A stretch of 63,568 nucleotides of DNA, counting the filler, from Octopus bimaculoides (Eukaryota), in the NCBI RefSeq assembly GCF_001194135.2. It is 7 parts of 7 records of this genome, joined end to end, with 100 filler letters (N's around TTAATTAATTAA, not from the genome) between each part and the next. Parts side by side here need not be neighbours in the genome. Positions count along the whole stretch, not along the records: positions 22,279 to 32,142 come from NC_068994.1; positions 32,243 to 44,335 come from NC_068988.1; 5 more parts are not named here. One strand, written 5' to 3'. Positions within the stretch are counted from its first letter, which is position 1, and each line of letters begins with the position of its first letter. The notes under the pieces were generated by a model. The model was not told the origin of the DNA. It was given only the letters and a program-made list of their open reading frames with translations, and did no database searches. Both the position numbers and the translations under genes were made by a program. Of this stretch, positions 23,331 through 37,388 are shown piece after piece.

Positions 23331-24651
23331 ATTATTTATTTATTGTATGGGTTTTATTTACAGGAGGGTGAATTCTGTCCATTGCCTTCACAGTCCTTTC
23401 AGCGCCAATTAAGCTAGAACAATTTCAAGTTTATAGCTGCAAGGAAAATAGGAAGCAGATGGAGAATTCTAGAGGTTTGAGATTTTGGTATGTTTGAACT
23501 GAATAAAACAGTTCAAATAAAACCTGAAGAATGAGGGATAAAATAGCAATGACAAGATAGATGAGGGGATATGAATGAGCGGACTAGGCATGACTGGAAA
23601 GTGTATATGGCTAAGTTTGAGACCATTCAATAGCAATAGGTAGTGATATCACTGGAGACACAGTGGTTTCTAGTTATGTACAAACACTACATTGTGTGCC
23701 CAAGCAAAATACTTAACACTGAGTAGGGTGGTGCAGTGATTCCCAAAGTGGATTCTAAGAATTATAGGGTTCTATGCCAAAAATGTTGGCGTTCTATAAA
23801 ATTAGGTACTTTCAATGGAATTCAACAAAAATTTATTTTATAAAACAAATTTAAATGTTACTCATTTTTTCAAAATATCTAAGCAAGAATATTTTGTGTT
23901 TTTATGATTAAATTCTTTGTCTAAAACAATTTTTGCTTCATTTAACCCTTTCAATGCCAACTCACTCAAGATCGCTTCTGGTTCCATCACACAACATTTA
24001 CACTGAATTAAAGTACAAAGTGGCATTTTGAAACTTTCTCTTTTAAAAGGATCTAAATTAAAATGTTAAAACTGTATATTGATTTCATATTTTTGGCACA
24101 AGGACAGTAATTTTGAAGGAGAGGATAAGTCAATTACCTCAACCCCAGTGCTCAGATGGAACACACACACATATATATATATANNNNNNNNNNNNNNNNN
24201 NNNNNNNNNNNNNNNNNNNNNNNNNNNNNNNNNNNNNNNNNNNNNNNNNNNNNNNNNNNNNNNNNNNNNNNNNNNNNNNNNNNNNNNNNNNNNNNNNNNN
24301 NNNNNNNNNNNNNNNNNNNNNNNNNNNNNNNNNNNNNNNNNNNNNNNNNNNNNNNNNNNNNNNNNNNNNNNNNNNNNNNNNNNNNNNNNNNNNNNNNNNN
24401 NNNNNNNNNNNNNNNNNNNNNNNNNNNNNNNNNNNNNNNNNNNNNNNNNNNNNNNNNNNNNNNNNNNNNNNNNNNNNNNNNNNNNNNNNNNNNNNNNNNN
24501 NNNNNNNNNNNNNNNNNNNNNNNNNNNNNNNNNNNNNNNNNNNNNNNNNNNNNNNNNNNNNNNNNNNNNNNNNNNNNNNNNNNNNNNNNNNNNNNNNNNN
24601 NNNNNNNNNNNNNNNNNNNNNNNNNNNNNNNNNNNNNNNNNNNNNNNNNNN

Positions 24652-24732
<81 letters not shown>

Positions 24733-24754
24733 TGTATATATATGTATATATACA

Positions 24755-25226
24755 TGTTGTAATGAGAGTTTTGGTGCCCCCTTGTAACAGATAGACTGGT
24801 CCAAGTAAAGTATAAATAGTAATGATCCGAGTGAGTTTGAGAGTTCAAAGTTCCGAGTCGAGTGAAGTTTGTATTAGTTCACAGTGAAATCAGAAGGTGT
24901 CGGTTGGTTAGTTCAGAACGAATATTGATTGTTGGTTCATAAAAAGATTTGTTTGTTGATTACATTGTTTTTACTGTTGTCTGGTTATCTTATTTATTGT
25001 AACAAATAACATTACATCTGGCAACAAGGGTTTTGAAGCTCAAGTAGGTTATTTAACAATTTGTTCATGATACAGCTTGTTAAATAATGGAAGACCTATT
25101 AGCTTCCATAGGACAATTGCAAAAGTAACAACAAGAGCAGAAACAGGAGTTGCAGAAGTAACTATTACAGCAACAACTACAACGACAACAATTATTGGAG
25201 CTATATTAAAAAAAGTCCAAAAATAA
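24755..25226 (+). mobile_element. Gypsy-like LTR retrotransposon 5' remnant: LTR, primer-binding site (PBS) and start of gag
   Basis: LTR bounded by tgtaatg (24758) and cattaca (25016). PBS-like tggcaacaagg at 25019. ATG at 25087 begins MEDLLASIGQLQK*QQEQKQELQK*LLQQQLQRQQ, a Gln-rich gag-type N-terminus with stops. Confidence 0.65.
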
Positions 25227-25361
25227 GTTAAGTTCGTTTTTGCCAGACAGCATTTCGAACCTGCTTAATGAATTCACTTATAACCCAGGGAAGGGCATAA
25301 CATTTGCATTGTACTACAGAAGGTAAGATTGCACACACATATATATATGTATGTGTGTGTT

Positions 25362-25394
<33 letters not shown>

Positions 25395-25401
<7 letters not shown>

Positions 25402-25548
25402 TATATAGTTTACATCTACCAGATCCACTCATAAGGCTTTGGTTGGCTTGAGGCTATAGCGGAAGATACTTGCTCACATTTCCATGAAGTAGGACTGGTA
25501 CCAGAAACCATGTGATTGGGAAGCAAGCTTCTTACTACCCAGTCACAC
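25395..25548 (-). mobile_element. SINE family A, 5' half
   Basis: Reverse complement matches the family A head. Confidence 0.7.
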
Positions 25549-25717
25549 TTGCTCCTTGTTTCTCTCCTTGTCTCTTTCTGTGTTCCTTTCTGTGGAAGAG
25601 CGTAGGTTCGAAACATTAAAGACTTTTTCACTTCCCGAGCATTATACTAATACATCTGTTTGTTGTCTACACCACCTGTCTTCATCTTTTGTTTTTTGTT
25701 TTTTTTGTGAATTCTCC

Positions 25718-25754
<37 letters not shown>

Positions 25755-26148
25755 ATTATATGTATAAGTGTGTATGCGTGCACGTGTGTAGTACAGATAC
25801 ATTGGAACTTCATGCAGTCCTTTAGCTTGTCGTCTGATCCTTCTGAACCATCCAACACACACCAGCATGAAAGACGGATATTANNNNNNNNNNNNNNNNN
25901 NNNNNNNNNNNNNNNNNNNNNNNNNNNNNNNNNNNNNNNNNNNNNNNNNNNNNNNNNNNNNNNNNNNNNNNNNNNNNNNNNNNNNNNNNNNNNNNNNNNN
26001 NNNNNNNNNNNNNNNNNNNNNNNNNNNNNNNNNNNNNNNNNNNNNCATACATCAGATGAAACATGCTGATGTCTATCACATACACACATCCCCACACTCA
26101 TACATGCATATAAGTGTTTATGTATATATACATATAAATATATATATA

Positions 26149-26191
<43 letters not shown>

Positions 26192-27830
26192 ATAATTAAA
26201 ATCATAAAATGAAGGTTGGTAATGAAGGTAGCAATAGGAAAGAAGAGGATAAGATGTATGTGTTTTACTTGTAATAAACGGATTTCACTTGAGAAGTGGA
26301 ACTGGAAGGCAAAAATCTATATTCTTCCAAAACATGTTTTCCTGACAATGAAGGAAACAATGTATAAGGAAGCAAACAATAGATTCCTGGATGACAAATC
26401 CTCTGTTGAACTAAATGTTGGGTGGTAAATAGAGGCATCACTTCAATCAACTGCGTTAATAATATGCACATTGCTAGGTGTGTATAATTGATTATATGTA
26501 TGCAACTGTATGTGTATGTATATATAGATATATGAATCTATTAATTAGTGAACATATAAAATTTTATGGCTACAAAAGCATACATACATTAATATATACA
26601 TAAATATATACATACATAAATACACATACACACACAAACGCACACATTCACACATACACATTTATAAATATATTGAGAAAGAGAAGTGGGAAGAAGGAAA
26701 ATGAAAGAGCAGTAAACTCATTCGTGCTTGAAATTTTCTAACAAAATGCATTGAAGTATATATATATATATAAATAAATATATATATATATATATATATG
26801 TGCTTATGTGAGTGTGTATACATATTTTATATGTAAGCATATATGTAAATATATACACACACACATACATGTTATGTATGTGTGTATGTGTGCACATGCG
26901 TTTGTGTGTGCATAAGCATATATTATGAATAGATAATTATAATGATATGTATAGCATTACTTGCGTGTATATATATATATCTATATAAATAAGTATGATA
27001 TCTATATACGAGTGCAGGTGTGTATATGAGTGAATGTATATGTGTCTGTATGTGTGTATACAAATATGTATATGCATTTGCCTAATATTCTATCATTTGA
27101 AATAGATTGAACATTTATTTTTGTCTTATTATTTCTTCCATATTGATTGAAGTAATGTATCATTGAAGAATGCTGGTTTTCAATTAATTATTATTTTAGC
27201 TTTTGCCTTTGAAATTAATTGCCATCTTTCACAAATTACCTTGTCATGTGCCAGTAAGTATCATCATTGTTCTCCAATTTAGCTTTGTTGCTAATAAGGC
27301 AAATAATTTCAGACGTGCATCTGGTATTTAGCTACAACACACTGAGAGAGCTGGAATATGGTTTTCCTGAAATTCATGCATTCAGTAATAACCATATAAT
27401 ATATGTGCGTGTCTGTATATGCATGCATGAGTATATATCCATTTGTGTTTGTGTACGCTTGTGTGCATGAGTGTGTGTATGTATANNNNNNNNNNNNNNN
27501 NNNNNNNNNNNNNNNNNNNNNNNNNNNNNNNNNNNNNNNNNNNNNNNNNNNNNNNNNNNNNNNNNNNNNNNNNNNNNNNNNNNNNNNNNNNNNNNNNNNN
27601 NNNNNNNNNNNNNNNNNNNNNNNNNNNNNNNNNNNNNNNNNNNNNNNNNNNNNNNNNNNNNNNNNNNNNNNNNNNNNNNNNNNNNNNNNNNNNNNNNNNN
27701 NNNNNNNNNNNNNNNNNNNNNNNNNNNNNNNNNNNNNNNNNNNNNNNNNNNNNNNNNNNNNNNNNNNNNNNNNNNNNNNNNNNNNNNNNNNNNNNNNNNN
27801 NATATATATATATATGCATACATATATACA

Positions 27831-27863
<33 letters not shown>

Positions 27864-27984
27864 CATCATCATCATCATCATCATCATCACCATCATCATT
27901 CAACGTCTATTTTCCATGCTCACATAGGTTGGATCATTTGACAGGAGCTGGCATATCAGAAGACAGCATCAAGCTCTACTTTCT

Positions 27985-28277
27985 GCTTCGTTTTCCAGGG
28001 ATCTTCATCCACTTTTGAGGCACCCATGCCACTTGAAACATTGCATACAACCCATTACCTCATTGCCGTCAACTTGCTGAAGCATGTTCAATGTCTTTGT
28101 AGCAGGCTTCCCAAGTTTAGCACAAAATTTCAAACTTCCTGTCTATGACAAAAGTCACAGAGTACAGCATACATGTGATCAGAAATACACAAATTTCACA
28201 ACTTTCAAAGCAAACACAGAGATGTCTTTCAGCATACTGCTTCATGAAGGGCACTGCTAACTTTTGACTCAACCTGA
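27985..28277 (-). mobile_element. Mariner 5' fragment (one TIR plus the HTH region)
   Basis: Decayed translation SLKFCAKLGKPATKTLNMLQQVDGNEVMG..QCFKWH..LKSG*RSLENE. The end reads tcaggttgagtcaaaagttagc after TA. Confidence 0.75.
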
Positions 28278-31200
28278 TATATACACACACATAAAAACAT
28301 GTATACATATATATAGGTATATCCAAGCATGTTTAAGTGTATGTGTACTTGTATATAACAGATATTAATAAGTTAACAGCAATAAATAAATAAATAAATA
28401 ATAACTGAGAAAAAGTTATTCAGTATCCAAGAAGAAGGATCATGTTTTACTAGAAACAAATTCACAAGAAATGTGACTTCAACATTTTGTCAAAAATAAA
28501 CCATCAAACAGTGAATAATTAAAAACCAACAAAGTTTTTAATGATTTCAGACATAAGAAAAAAAAAAGAATTCTGGAAGATGGTGGGACAAGCTAGAAAT
28601 AATATAGAAAAATGTAGAAACAAGAAAATTTGAAGAAAACTTATGTCAAGCTAATAGGAAAATTTAATGGATAAGATTTAAATTGAATAGAAAATTTATG
28701 GCTGCAAGATTTAAGATATGCATACACATATGTAAACCTAGATACATTCACAAACATTCATATATATAATATATATACAAATATATGAGCACATTTGTGT
28801 ATGTAATATAAATATACATGTATAAACAAAAATGAGCTAAGAGAAATAATACAGTATGGCCAGTGGCATGTATTTGAATAACATAGACAAATACAGTTAT
28901 TTCAAATAGCATACAATATAAATTCTTTACTTATTGAAATTATTTCCATCTCTAGAGGAAGTGTCATTATTATCCAATGGCAAATGAGACAAGCTCCATA
29001 TGAGAAGGAGAAATAATTCAAATTCAACATGCTATTTAGGAAAGGGACAGGTTTATTGTTTGAAAATGAGTGCATAGTTGTGGACATCATGTTTCTGCCT
29101 CAAAAAGGTGTAATCAGTATGACATTCAATCTCACCTTTCTCCATCAGCCATGGGCTTAAATAGATACAAAAGGAGTTGAGCACATTTATCCCTAGGTAA
29201 TTTGCATAATTAAAACGAATGAGCTTATGGAAATAAGTCAGAATGGTCAGTGGCATGTATTTGGTCAACGTAGACAAATACAGCTACATCAAACACATAT
29301 GATATAAATTCATAGATTTAGTGATGCAAACAGGAAAAATATAACTCAAAACATAAGCGTGTGTGTCTGTGTGTGTGTGTGTTGTTATTATTTATTATAA
29401 TTAATAACTGGCAGAAGTTACTAAGTGATTTAAGAATCATGAGTTTCATGCATTTGATAAGTGCCAACGCTTGAAACTCTCAACCTTTTAGTCATTCTGT
29501 AACTTCTGCTGATAATTAATAATGAAAATAAAAGGCATACATTTTTGATTTATTGAAATTATCGCCCCCCCCCCCCCCCCCAGAAGAGGAGATAATCTTA
29601 ATAATCAAGATTTCTCCTAAGTTGACATACTGCTCATTACAGAAAAATACAGGTCTATTGTCTTTTCTTACATGGAGTTTGTTTTAATTGTCATTTGGTA
29701 ATTATTATACATACTCTAGAGATGAAAACAATTCTTATATAAGTTGGATGAAGTTTCTGCAACACACCTCACACCATTTGCAGTGGTCATCCATCATTTA
29801 TTTCTTGAGATTCAACATCCTGAGATATGCTTTCACCACTTAAGCACATGTTTTATTTGTTTTGGAGAGAAAGGGGTCCAAAGATTTTTTCCTACTCTTC
29901 TTTACTCAACTGTCATCATTCATAAACATCTCAGTCATACAAGTGCAGTATTTTCTCTTGCATATCATATCTGATTCCTTATATAAACAGTATTTCTTTC
30001 AGTTCATTTGTATTTCATCATTCATAGACACTAGCATTACACATCCCATTGTGCTCACTTGCTTCACATTTCCTCCAGCCCTTGTGCATTCTCTTCGTTT
30101 AACATCATGTTTTGCAACCACAGAATATCAGAGGTCATACACAAGTATTATTATGTAATATTCTAATTATATTGGAGAGAGCATCTTTGCTACCAGCTGG
30201 GGTAATATCTCTAAGAACTTTTCTCACACAGCTAATATGCTTCCAGAAAACTCACCCCCAATACTAATTAAGTCATACTGAAAAGCAATCAGTAACTTCT
30301 ATGGAGCCTTCAAAACATATGAAAGAATTTAATTCATGAGTTAACTTTCAGCCCCTGTGCCTCTACCATTTAAAAAATCTTCCTCTTCTGTTACCCTGCT
30401 TTCAATCCCAATGCACCTCTTGTGCACTTACAAATTATACTGGGCATAATATATAAAATTTCTTCTTACTCCTTTCTGCACATGAAACATGACCATTTTC
30501 TGCATGACAGTAGAGACACATCTCCTTTCCTACTAATTAAAGCTGTTTTTTCTTTTACAGGCTTTCTTGGAGGACTCTTGATTCTAAACTTCACTTCCTT
30601 GTTTGGAATATAATCCTTAAATTTTTTAAAGATTCAGCTATGTAAGCGAATACATTAGCATACTGCATTAGCTCTTTTGATATCAACTAGCCTCAGACCT
30701 TTTTGATGTCAACCAACCTGATTCTATGGTGCAAACCTCTTGCCTTCAAGTCATCTAAATTAAAAACTTTCATCAAAATTTCAGGTTAATTAGTGTTCCA
30801 AAAACTAACTTAGTAATGAAAATGGTATTTCAGTAAGATCTTTATTATTTTCAAAATTAATTGACACAAACACAGAATATTGCAACAGAAACTGAAAAAC
30901 AAAAGTGTTAGATAGCATGTCTAAAATTATTTTGTTGAATTAGAGAATTATAATAAAGTGATGTGGGCTGAGGACAAAGACTTGATGGACACACACATAC
31001 ACACTTGCATGCTGACAGCATCACCTATATATGTCTTGCACAACTCATACGAGCAATTCACTACCATCAGACTAGACTCTATTAATACTATTTCAGATGA
31101 CTAAATAGGACACCTGCCCATCACAGAGTTACCCACTTAAAGTTGAGTGGACTGGAGCAATGTGAGAAGAGGTATTTTGCTCAGGAATACAATGCATCAC

Positions 31201-31416
31201 CAATATGACACAAAAATAAAATTTTTGAATGGTGACAGCAACACCCAAACCACCAGGCCATGTACCTTCACAAACGCACACACACACTCACACACACATC
31301 TATATACATAAATAGATAAAACTAAATATACAAATACTTGATAAATATATAGATAGATATATACAAACATATATGTGTAAAGAAATACCAAGCTATATAA
31401 CTATATATATATATAA

Positions 31417-31803
31417 GTGGCTGTGTGGTAAGTAGCTTGCTTACCAACCACATGGTTCCGGGTTCATTCCCACTGCGTGGCATCTTGGGCAAGTGTCTTC
31501 TACTATAGCCTCGGGCCCACCAAAGCCTTGTGAGTGGATTTGGTAGACAGAAACTGAAAGAAGCCCGTCGTATATATATGTGTATATGTTTGTGTCTGTG
31601 TTTGTCCCCCAACATTGCTTGACAACCGATGCTGGTGTGTTTACGTCCCCGTAACTTAGCGGTTCGGCATAAGAGACCGATAGAATAAGTACTAGGCATC
31701 CAAAGAATAAGTCCTGGGGTCGATTTGCTCGACTAAAGGCGGTGCTCCAGCATGGCCGCAGTCAAATGACTGAAACAAGTAAAAGAGTAAAAGAGTAAAA
31801 GAG
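31417..31803 (+). mobile_element. Full-length tRNA-derived SINE family A (best copy in the window)
   Basis: A box tggctgtgtgg, B box ggttcattccc, CORE-like catcttgggcaagtgtcttctactatagcc, a central (TA)/(TG) tract and a (GTAAAAGA)3 tail. Confidence 0.9.
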
Positions 31804-32063
31804 ATATATGGATAGATACGTTTATATCCATCAAAATATTTTTGTTGTATTTATACTCTCATAATGTAATAATGATAATGTGTAATTGCATATATGTATT
31901 AATATAAATATGCATAAATAGAGACCGTATGACAGTATGCTTGCATACGCCTACATATGTCGATATATACACATATCCATACACATACGCATATGCATAT
32001 GTATGTATGCATATATATGAATGCAAAGCATGTATATATAATACATATATGTATGTATGTATG

Positions 32064-32142
<79 letters not shown>

Positions 32143-32242
32143 NNNNNNNNNNNNNNNNNNNNNNNNNNNNNNNNNNNNNNNNNNNNTTAATTAATTAANN
32201 NNNNNNNNNNNNNNNNNNNNNNNNNNNNNNNNNNNNNNNNNN

Positions 32243-32398
32243 AAAATTGCACTACTGGGTACTGCACACATCCTACGTAAAACACTTTCAATACAGTAAC
32301 CATAAGAGTACCACAGCAAACCAAAGCACATACCCAAGGCGCACAGAGCTGCGCTCGGTAGTGAAGTGAAAGCACGTTATAAAAATAAAACTACTGAA
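32243..32398 (+). mobile_element. 3' end of a Dong/R4-like non-LTR retrotransposon followed by (AAT)n
   Basis: KIALLGTAHILRKTLSIQ* fits the R4/Dong C-terminal QK..LLGTA.ILRK.L motif. The tail runs into a long TAA array. Confidence 0.75.
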
Positions 32399-32405
32399 CA
32401 ACAAC

Positions 32406-32466
<61 letters not shown>

Positions 32467-33649
32467 TTAATAATAATAATAATAATACCAATTATAACAA
32501 TAGCACGGCTATTACTGCTGCTGCTGCTATTGTCTATGGCTTGGGTGTTATTCCTCTTCTTAGAACAGTCGAGAAAGTAGAGAATTCCGCTAGAGTCGCA
32601 AGCTAATATATTCAACGCTATGGTTTTCAGCTAATTCTCATTAGAATTGCATTTTCTCAACGCAGTAAGGAAACGTGCCATGTATAAATATTAGTTTTAA
32701 GTTTTCATTAGTAAACCTCTGTTCACTTTCTGTTTAAAAGTGAATGGCCAAATACAATATCCCATCAAATGAAATTATTGTTTACCTAAATATTTCTCTT
32801 ATTATCATATCTGAAAAGTTTTCTTGTATATATCCATTATTAGTGTATATAATTTTCCCTGCACTGGTTCGCTTATGTAAGCCTCCTTACTTTGTAATTT
32901 ATTGATTATACATTCCTGTCAAGAAGGTTGAAGTTGGTTGTATATGAAAAGTATCTGATAAACTATGACATGTTTGCTGCTTCCTCTGACCTAGCCAAGT
33001 GTGTTGCTGTGTAATGTTCCTGAATATCTCGACACTAAATTTTTAAGGATGGTTATGTGGTGAACAAATTTACTTTGAAACATGTTCGTTCTGAATAAAC
33101 TCCCACGATATACCACCTTGGTAAAATGTTTTCCGCAATGTGAAATACGATACAAGAAAATGTGATTCCTGACAGATGAAATTTTCTGGCTATTTGTTCA
33201 TATATTTTATATATTGACGGTGTGAAGAGCACGTATATGGCCACTGGATTCATCAGTTTTGAAAGAATAAAAATAGACCTATTATGGGGGTTGCCTCCTT
33301 CCATTCGCTTTGCAGTGGCGATTTTCATTTTATGTAAGTGTGGAATGGAATTTTTTTATTGCTGGATTATAGATATATCAAGCGAATGAAAGCAATCAAA
33401 ATTGCCCGTTCACGCGAGTGTAATATCGATTGTTTTGTAACAAGTTACATGTAAAAAATATACTAAAAAGAAGTTTGCTAAGGAAATTGTTTTATGTACA
33501 CAGAGAGCTTACGATATATGCAATGCCTAAATACAAATATGTGTATGTATGTCTGTGTGTCTCTGTGTGTATCTGTGTGTGTATATATATGTATAAGATT
33601 ATGTATGTCTATTTTCGTACATATATACATAAGATAGATATATAGATAG

Positions 33650-33661
33650 ACAGACAGACAG

Positions 33662-33731
<70 letters not shown>

Positions 33732-33735
33732 GGAC
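33650..33735. repeat. (GATA)n/(GACA)n microsatellite
   Basis: Direct reading. Confidence 0.95.
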
Positions 33736-34771
33736 AGACAGAAGACTAACTAGATACTTTTATTAACTTTATGCAGCCATGTTGCGTTAGTTTAAGTTTC
33801 TTACCATCATCTGGAATCTTGAAGATCAGAAGATCATCGCACATATTGTTGAGATGGAGATTTTTTTACGACCCTGGAACAGTAAGGCTCGCAGAGGATA
33901 ACTAAATGACATTTTCACGACGTTTTAAATCGTGACGATAAGGGTATGCCTGTCTTTTTGATTTAGGATTCTTTTCGTTATTGGTACGGGGGCTTAGAGT
34001 TTCTGCACATTGTCCCGATATTAGTGTGTATCAGTGAAAATTTGTGGTTGTAGCCGTCTCCTGACTGCTAATTTTAGTATGTATATGTACATATATATAT
34101 ATATATATGTATATATGGATAGGTATACGGGTAAAGTGTATGTATGCATATGTATACGGGTAATATAGTATAGTAAAGAGAAATAAACAAAATAATTAAT
34201 TAATCTAATGGAAATCCACAGGAGAGCAATAAAAATAGAAAATTAAGGAGTTATCTCCCCTATAATAACAAAGACGAAAGCTAACGAGATTCTAAAGATT
34301 TAATAATAGTTATGTATGTGTTTTTTCGTGTTTTGTTCGAATGGTNNNNNNNNNNNNNNNNNNNNNNNNNNNNNNNNNNNNNNNNNNNNNNNNNNNNNNN
34401 NNNNNNNNNNNNNNNNNNNNNNNNNNNNNNNNNNNNNNNNNNNNNNNNNNNNNNNNNNNNNNNNNNNNNNNNNNNNNNNNNNNNNNNNNNNNNNNNNNNN
34501 NNNNNNNNNNNNNNNNNNNNNNNNNNNNNNNNNNNNNNNNNNNNNNNNNNNNNNNNNNNNNNNNNNNNNNNNNNNNNNNNNNNNNNNNNNNNNNNNNNNN
34601 NNNNNNNNNNNNNNNNNNNNNNNNNNNNNNNNNNNNNNNNNNNNNNNNNNNNNNNNNNNNNNNNNNNNNNNNNNNNNNNNNNNNNNNNNNNNNNNNNNNN
34701 NNNNNNNNNNNNNNNNNNNNNNNNNNNNNNNNNNNNNNNNNNNNNNNNNNNNNNNNNNNNNNNNNNNNNNN

Positions 34772-34817
<46 letters not shown>

Positions 34818-36191
34818 TATGGGTGTGGGTGTGTGTGTGTGTGCGTACATATACATACACTCGCACGCGCGTATACATACACATATGAGAGGATGGAAAA
34901 ACAGATGCATATGTAGGAATATAGATCAATGTGTACATAGGTAGAAAGATAAATGTAAAGTAAATCTACAGGTAGTGGCATGACAATCTTATTTGCTACA
35001 TATAAAAATAAATATAAATCATTATGGCCGCAAGAGAATAATCTAAGATTATGTGGCAGTCCTGTTTACTGATATTCACATTCCAGATTGCTACTGGGTT
35101 ACTATACAAATTTGTATAATTTACTGCAAATAATAGGCTTCTGGCATCTGAGCAGGTATATAGATATATCTACTTTGTCTTTCAAAAGTTACTGCTACTG
35201 AGAAAGGTTACTGATATGTAACGTACATATACATCAAATTTGTCGCAGCCATTAGAAACAAAAGTCAAAACAATTAAAAAAAGACGAGACGCTAATGAAT
35301 TAAACATGTACAGTAATAATGAATGATTTGTGAAAGAAAATAGCTTTCATAAAAAGAGCGTCATTGCCAAGAGTAGACAATTGTCAATATTTCACGGAAG
35401 TTTCTTATTTTGATTAATTGAAATGGAAATCTCAAATCGCACTGAATAAGACAAGCCGATGCTACCATTGTAAACCATAGCATTTCTCATCAATCTTCAT
35501 ATAATTGGTCGCGTCTAAGCAATTGTTATACTTTTTGTTTGTATATACTCTGATGTCCTCTTAGAGATTAATACTTCACCTGTATCAACAGAATGTTAGA
35601 AACGTGATAGGAATACAATAAATTAAAGTAAAATATTGTGCAAGCTACGTGTCTGGCGCAGTGTCTTCTTCATAGTTACGAAACCATGGTATTACTGTAC
35701 GTGTGTTTCTATATGTTTCACTGGATGCGTTTTGTGTTTCAACTAAATCAAAGCATTCAGTGTATTTTCGTATAATAGAAATTGAACGTAATATTGTAAT
35801 CATAGACGTGAAACTTTAAGATGACTGGAGAAGTGTTTAATACTGAGTGTAAGAACAACAGTATACACAAATACCAACACTATCAACGCTATACACCTAT
35901 CACTATCACAAAATTAACGACGTTATTTGATAAAACGGTAATGTAATACAGAAATTAAATGAAACTATGGATTGTAAAATCAATCAAATAGATTGATTTT
36001 ACTTCACTATAATAGTTGATAAGTTCGCATGCACAGAGGCACATACATGTAAACAAGATGAATACAAACAAATGTATTTTGATATACATGCGTACTTGAC
36101 TGCATAAGTATACATATGTATATCCCATGTATACACGTGGATATTACATATGTTTATACAAATGTATGTATGCATATATTTATAAATGTAT

Positions 36192-36267
<76 letters not shown>

Positions 36268-37017
36268 TGTGTGTGTATGTGTGTGTGTGCATATGTGTGA
36301 TTATCTATAAATATATGCATATGCATGTGTATATGTATGTGTATGTGTCTAACATACTTGTGAATGTTCCTTTGAAACTGAATGCTAACACATAACTGCA
36401 GTTCCCGGAGACCGCTGAGCCTTACAGATATAAACAAGTATCCCAATGAGCCAGTTCACCTAAGCTATAAAGACTAGGATGGTTTCAATAAGATTCTTGT
36501 TTCCACATATATTGAAATTGCACGAATAATTTCTCACATTGCACCATGTTGAGAGTAACGGCTATACATGTATAGTCATGTTTTCATTCATTTATCTGCG
36601 TGTTATATATTTTAGAAAATAACTTCGTTATCGACAAGGGTTTAGTACAGCGTGAAGAATTAATCGTTCATTTTCAATCTATATGGAAACAAGAAAGTAA
36701 TTTAAATCATCCCAGTTTATCTAACTTAGATCTGCAGACACAGTGGAATACTTGCTTACACCTGTAAGTCTAAGCAACGTCAGTGAACGGTAGTTATGCG
36801 TTAGTTTTCATTTTCAAACGAACATATGAATGCCAAACTTTTATGAAAATATTCACACAGATTAATATTACTAGAGGCAAATCAGTCCCATTTTCAACAG
36901 CTTTATGCAAAGGTGCATTTTATCTTGTCGCATGAACAGTTTCTACATATGAATGATTTACACACCTGATGGTGATAAATGTCCAAGAATTTTCAAATCT
37001 TCTTGACATTATAAACG

Positions 37018-37388
37018 TATCTAAAGATAAGACCATCTTAGGAATCTCTTATTCAGAAACTAAGTTCCCTCTCAAGTCAGAGGTATTGCTGTATGTATAA
37101 CTGTCGAGTGTAAGGACAGAATCCTTGAAAATCGCACAAAAACCCTAAAAATTTGTGGTTTAGGTATCTCCCTGTTCAATATTTTTTGCATATAAACATA
37201 CATATCCTTAGATATATCTGGAGATAAGACCATCTTAGGAATTTTTTATTCAGAAACGAAGAACTCTCTCTATGCAGAGGCATTGCTGTAAGTATAATTG
37301 TCGAGTGTGTGGACAGAAAAATCCCTGAAAATATCACAAAACCCTGAAAATTTGTAGTTTAGGCATCTCCTTGTTCAATATTTTTTGT
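37018..37388. repeat. Diverged tandem duplication, unit ~197 bp
   Basis: agataagaccatcttaggaat...tgtcgagtgt...ctccc/ttgttcaatattttttg occurs twice (37018-37190 and 37215-37388). Confidence 0.85.

Noticed and set aside
23362-23417. Possible terminal exon EGEFCPLPSQSFQRQLS*
   Set aside because: Only an acceptor-like site supports it; the peptide is not recognisable.
26265-26471. DLSSRNLL kinase-like string on the minus strand
   Set aside because: No preceding HR and the frame closes soon after; likely chance.
31417-31480. tRNA gene
   Set aside because: A and B boxes are present but there is no cloverleaf; it is the head of a SINE.
33053-33328. 91-aa ORF with an NPVAIY stretch resembling GPCR TM7
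   Set aside because: Spacing does not match NPxxY and there are no other transmembrane motifs.
33805-33873. 69-nt minus-strand segment with good splice signals
   Set aside because: Stops occur in all three frames. It could only be a UTR exon, which the sequence alone cannot support.
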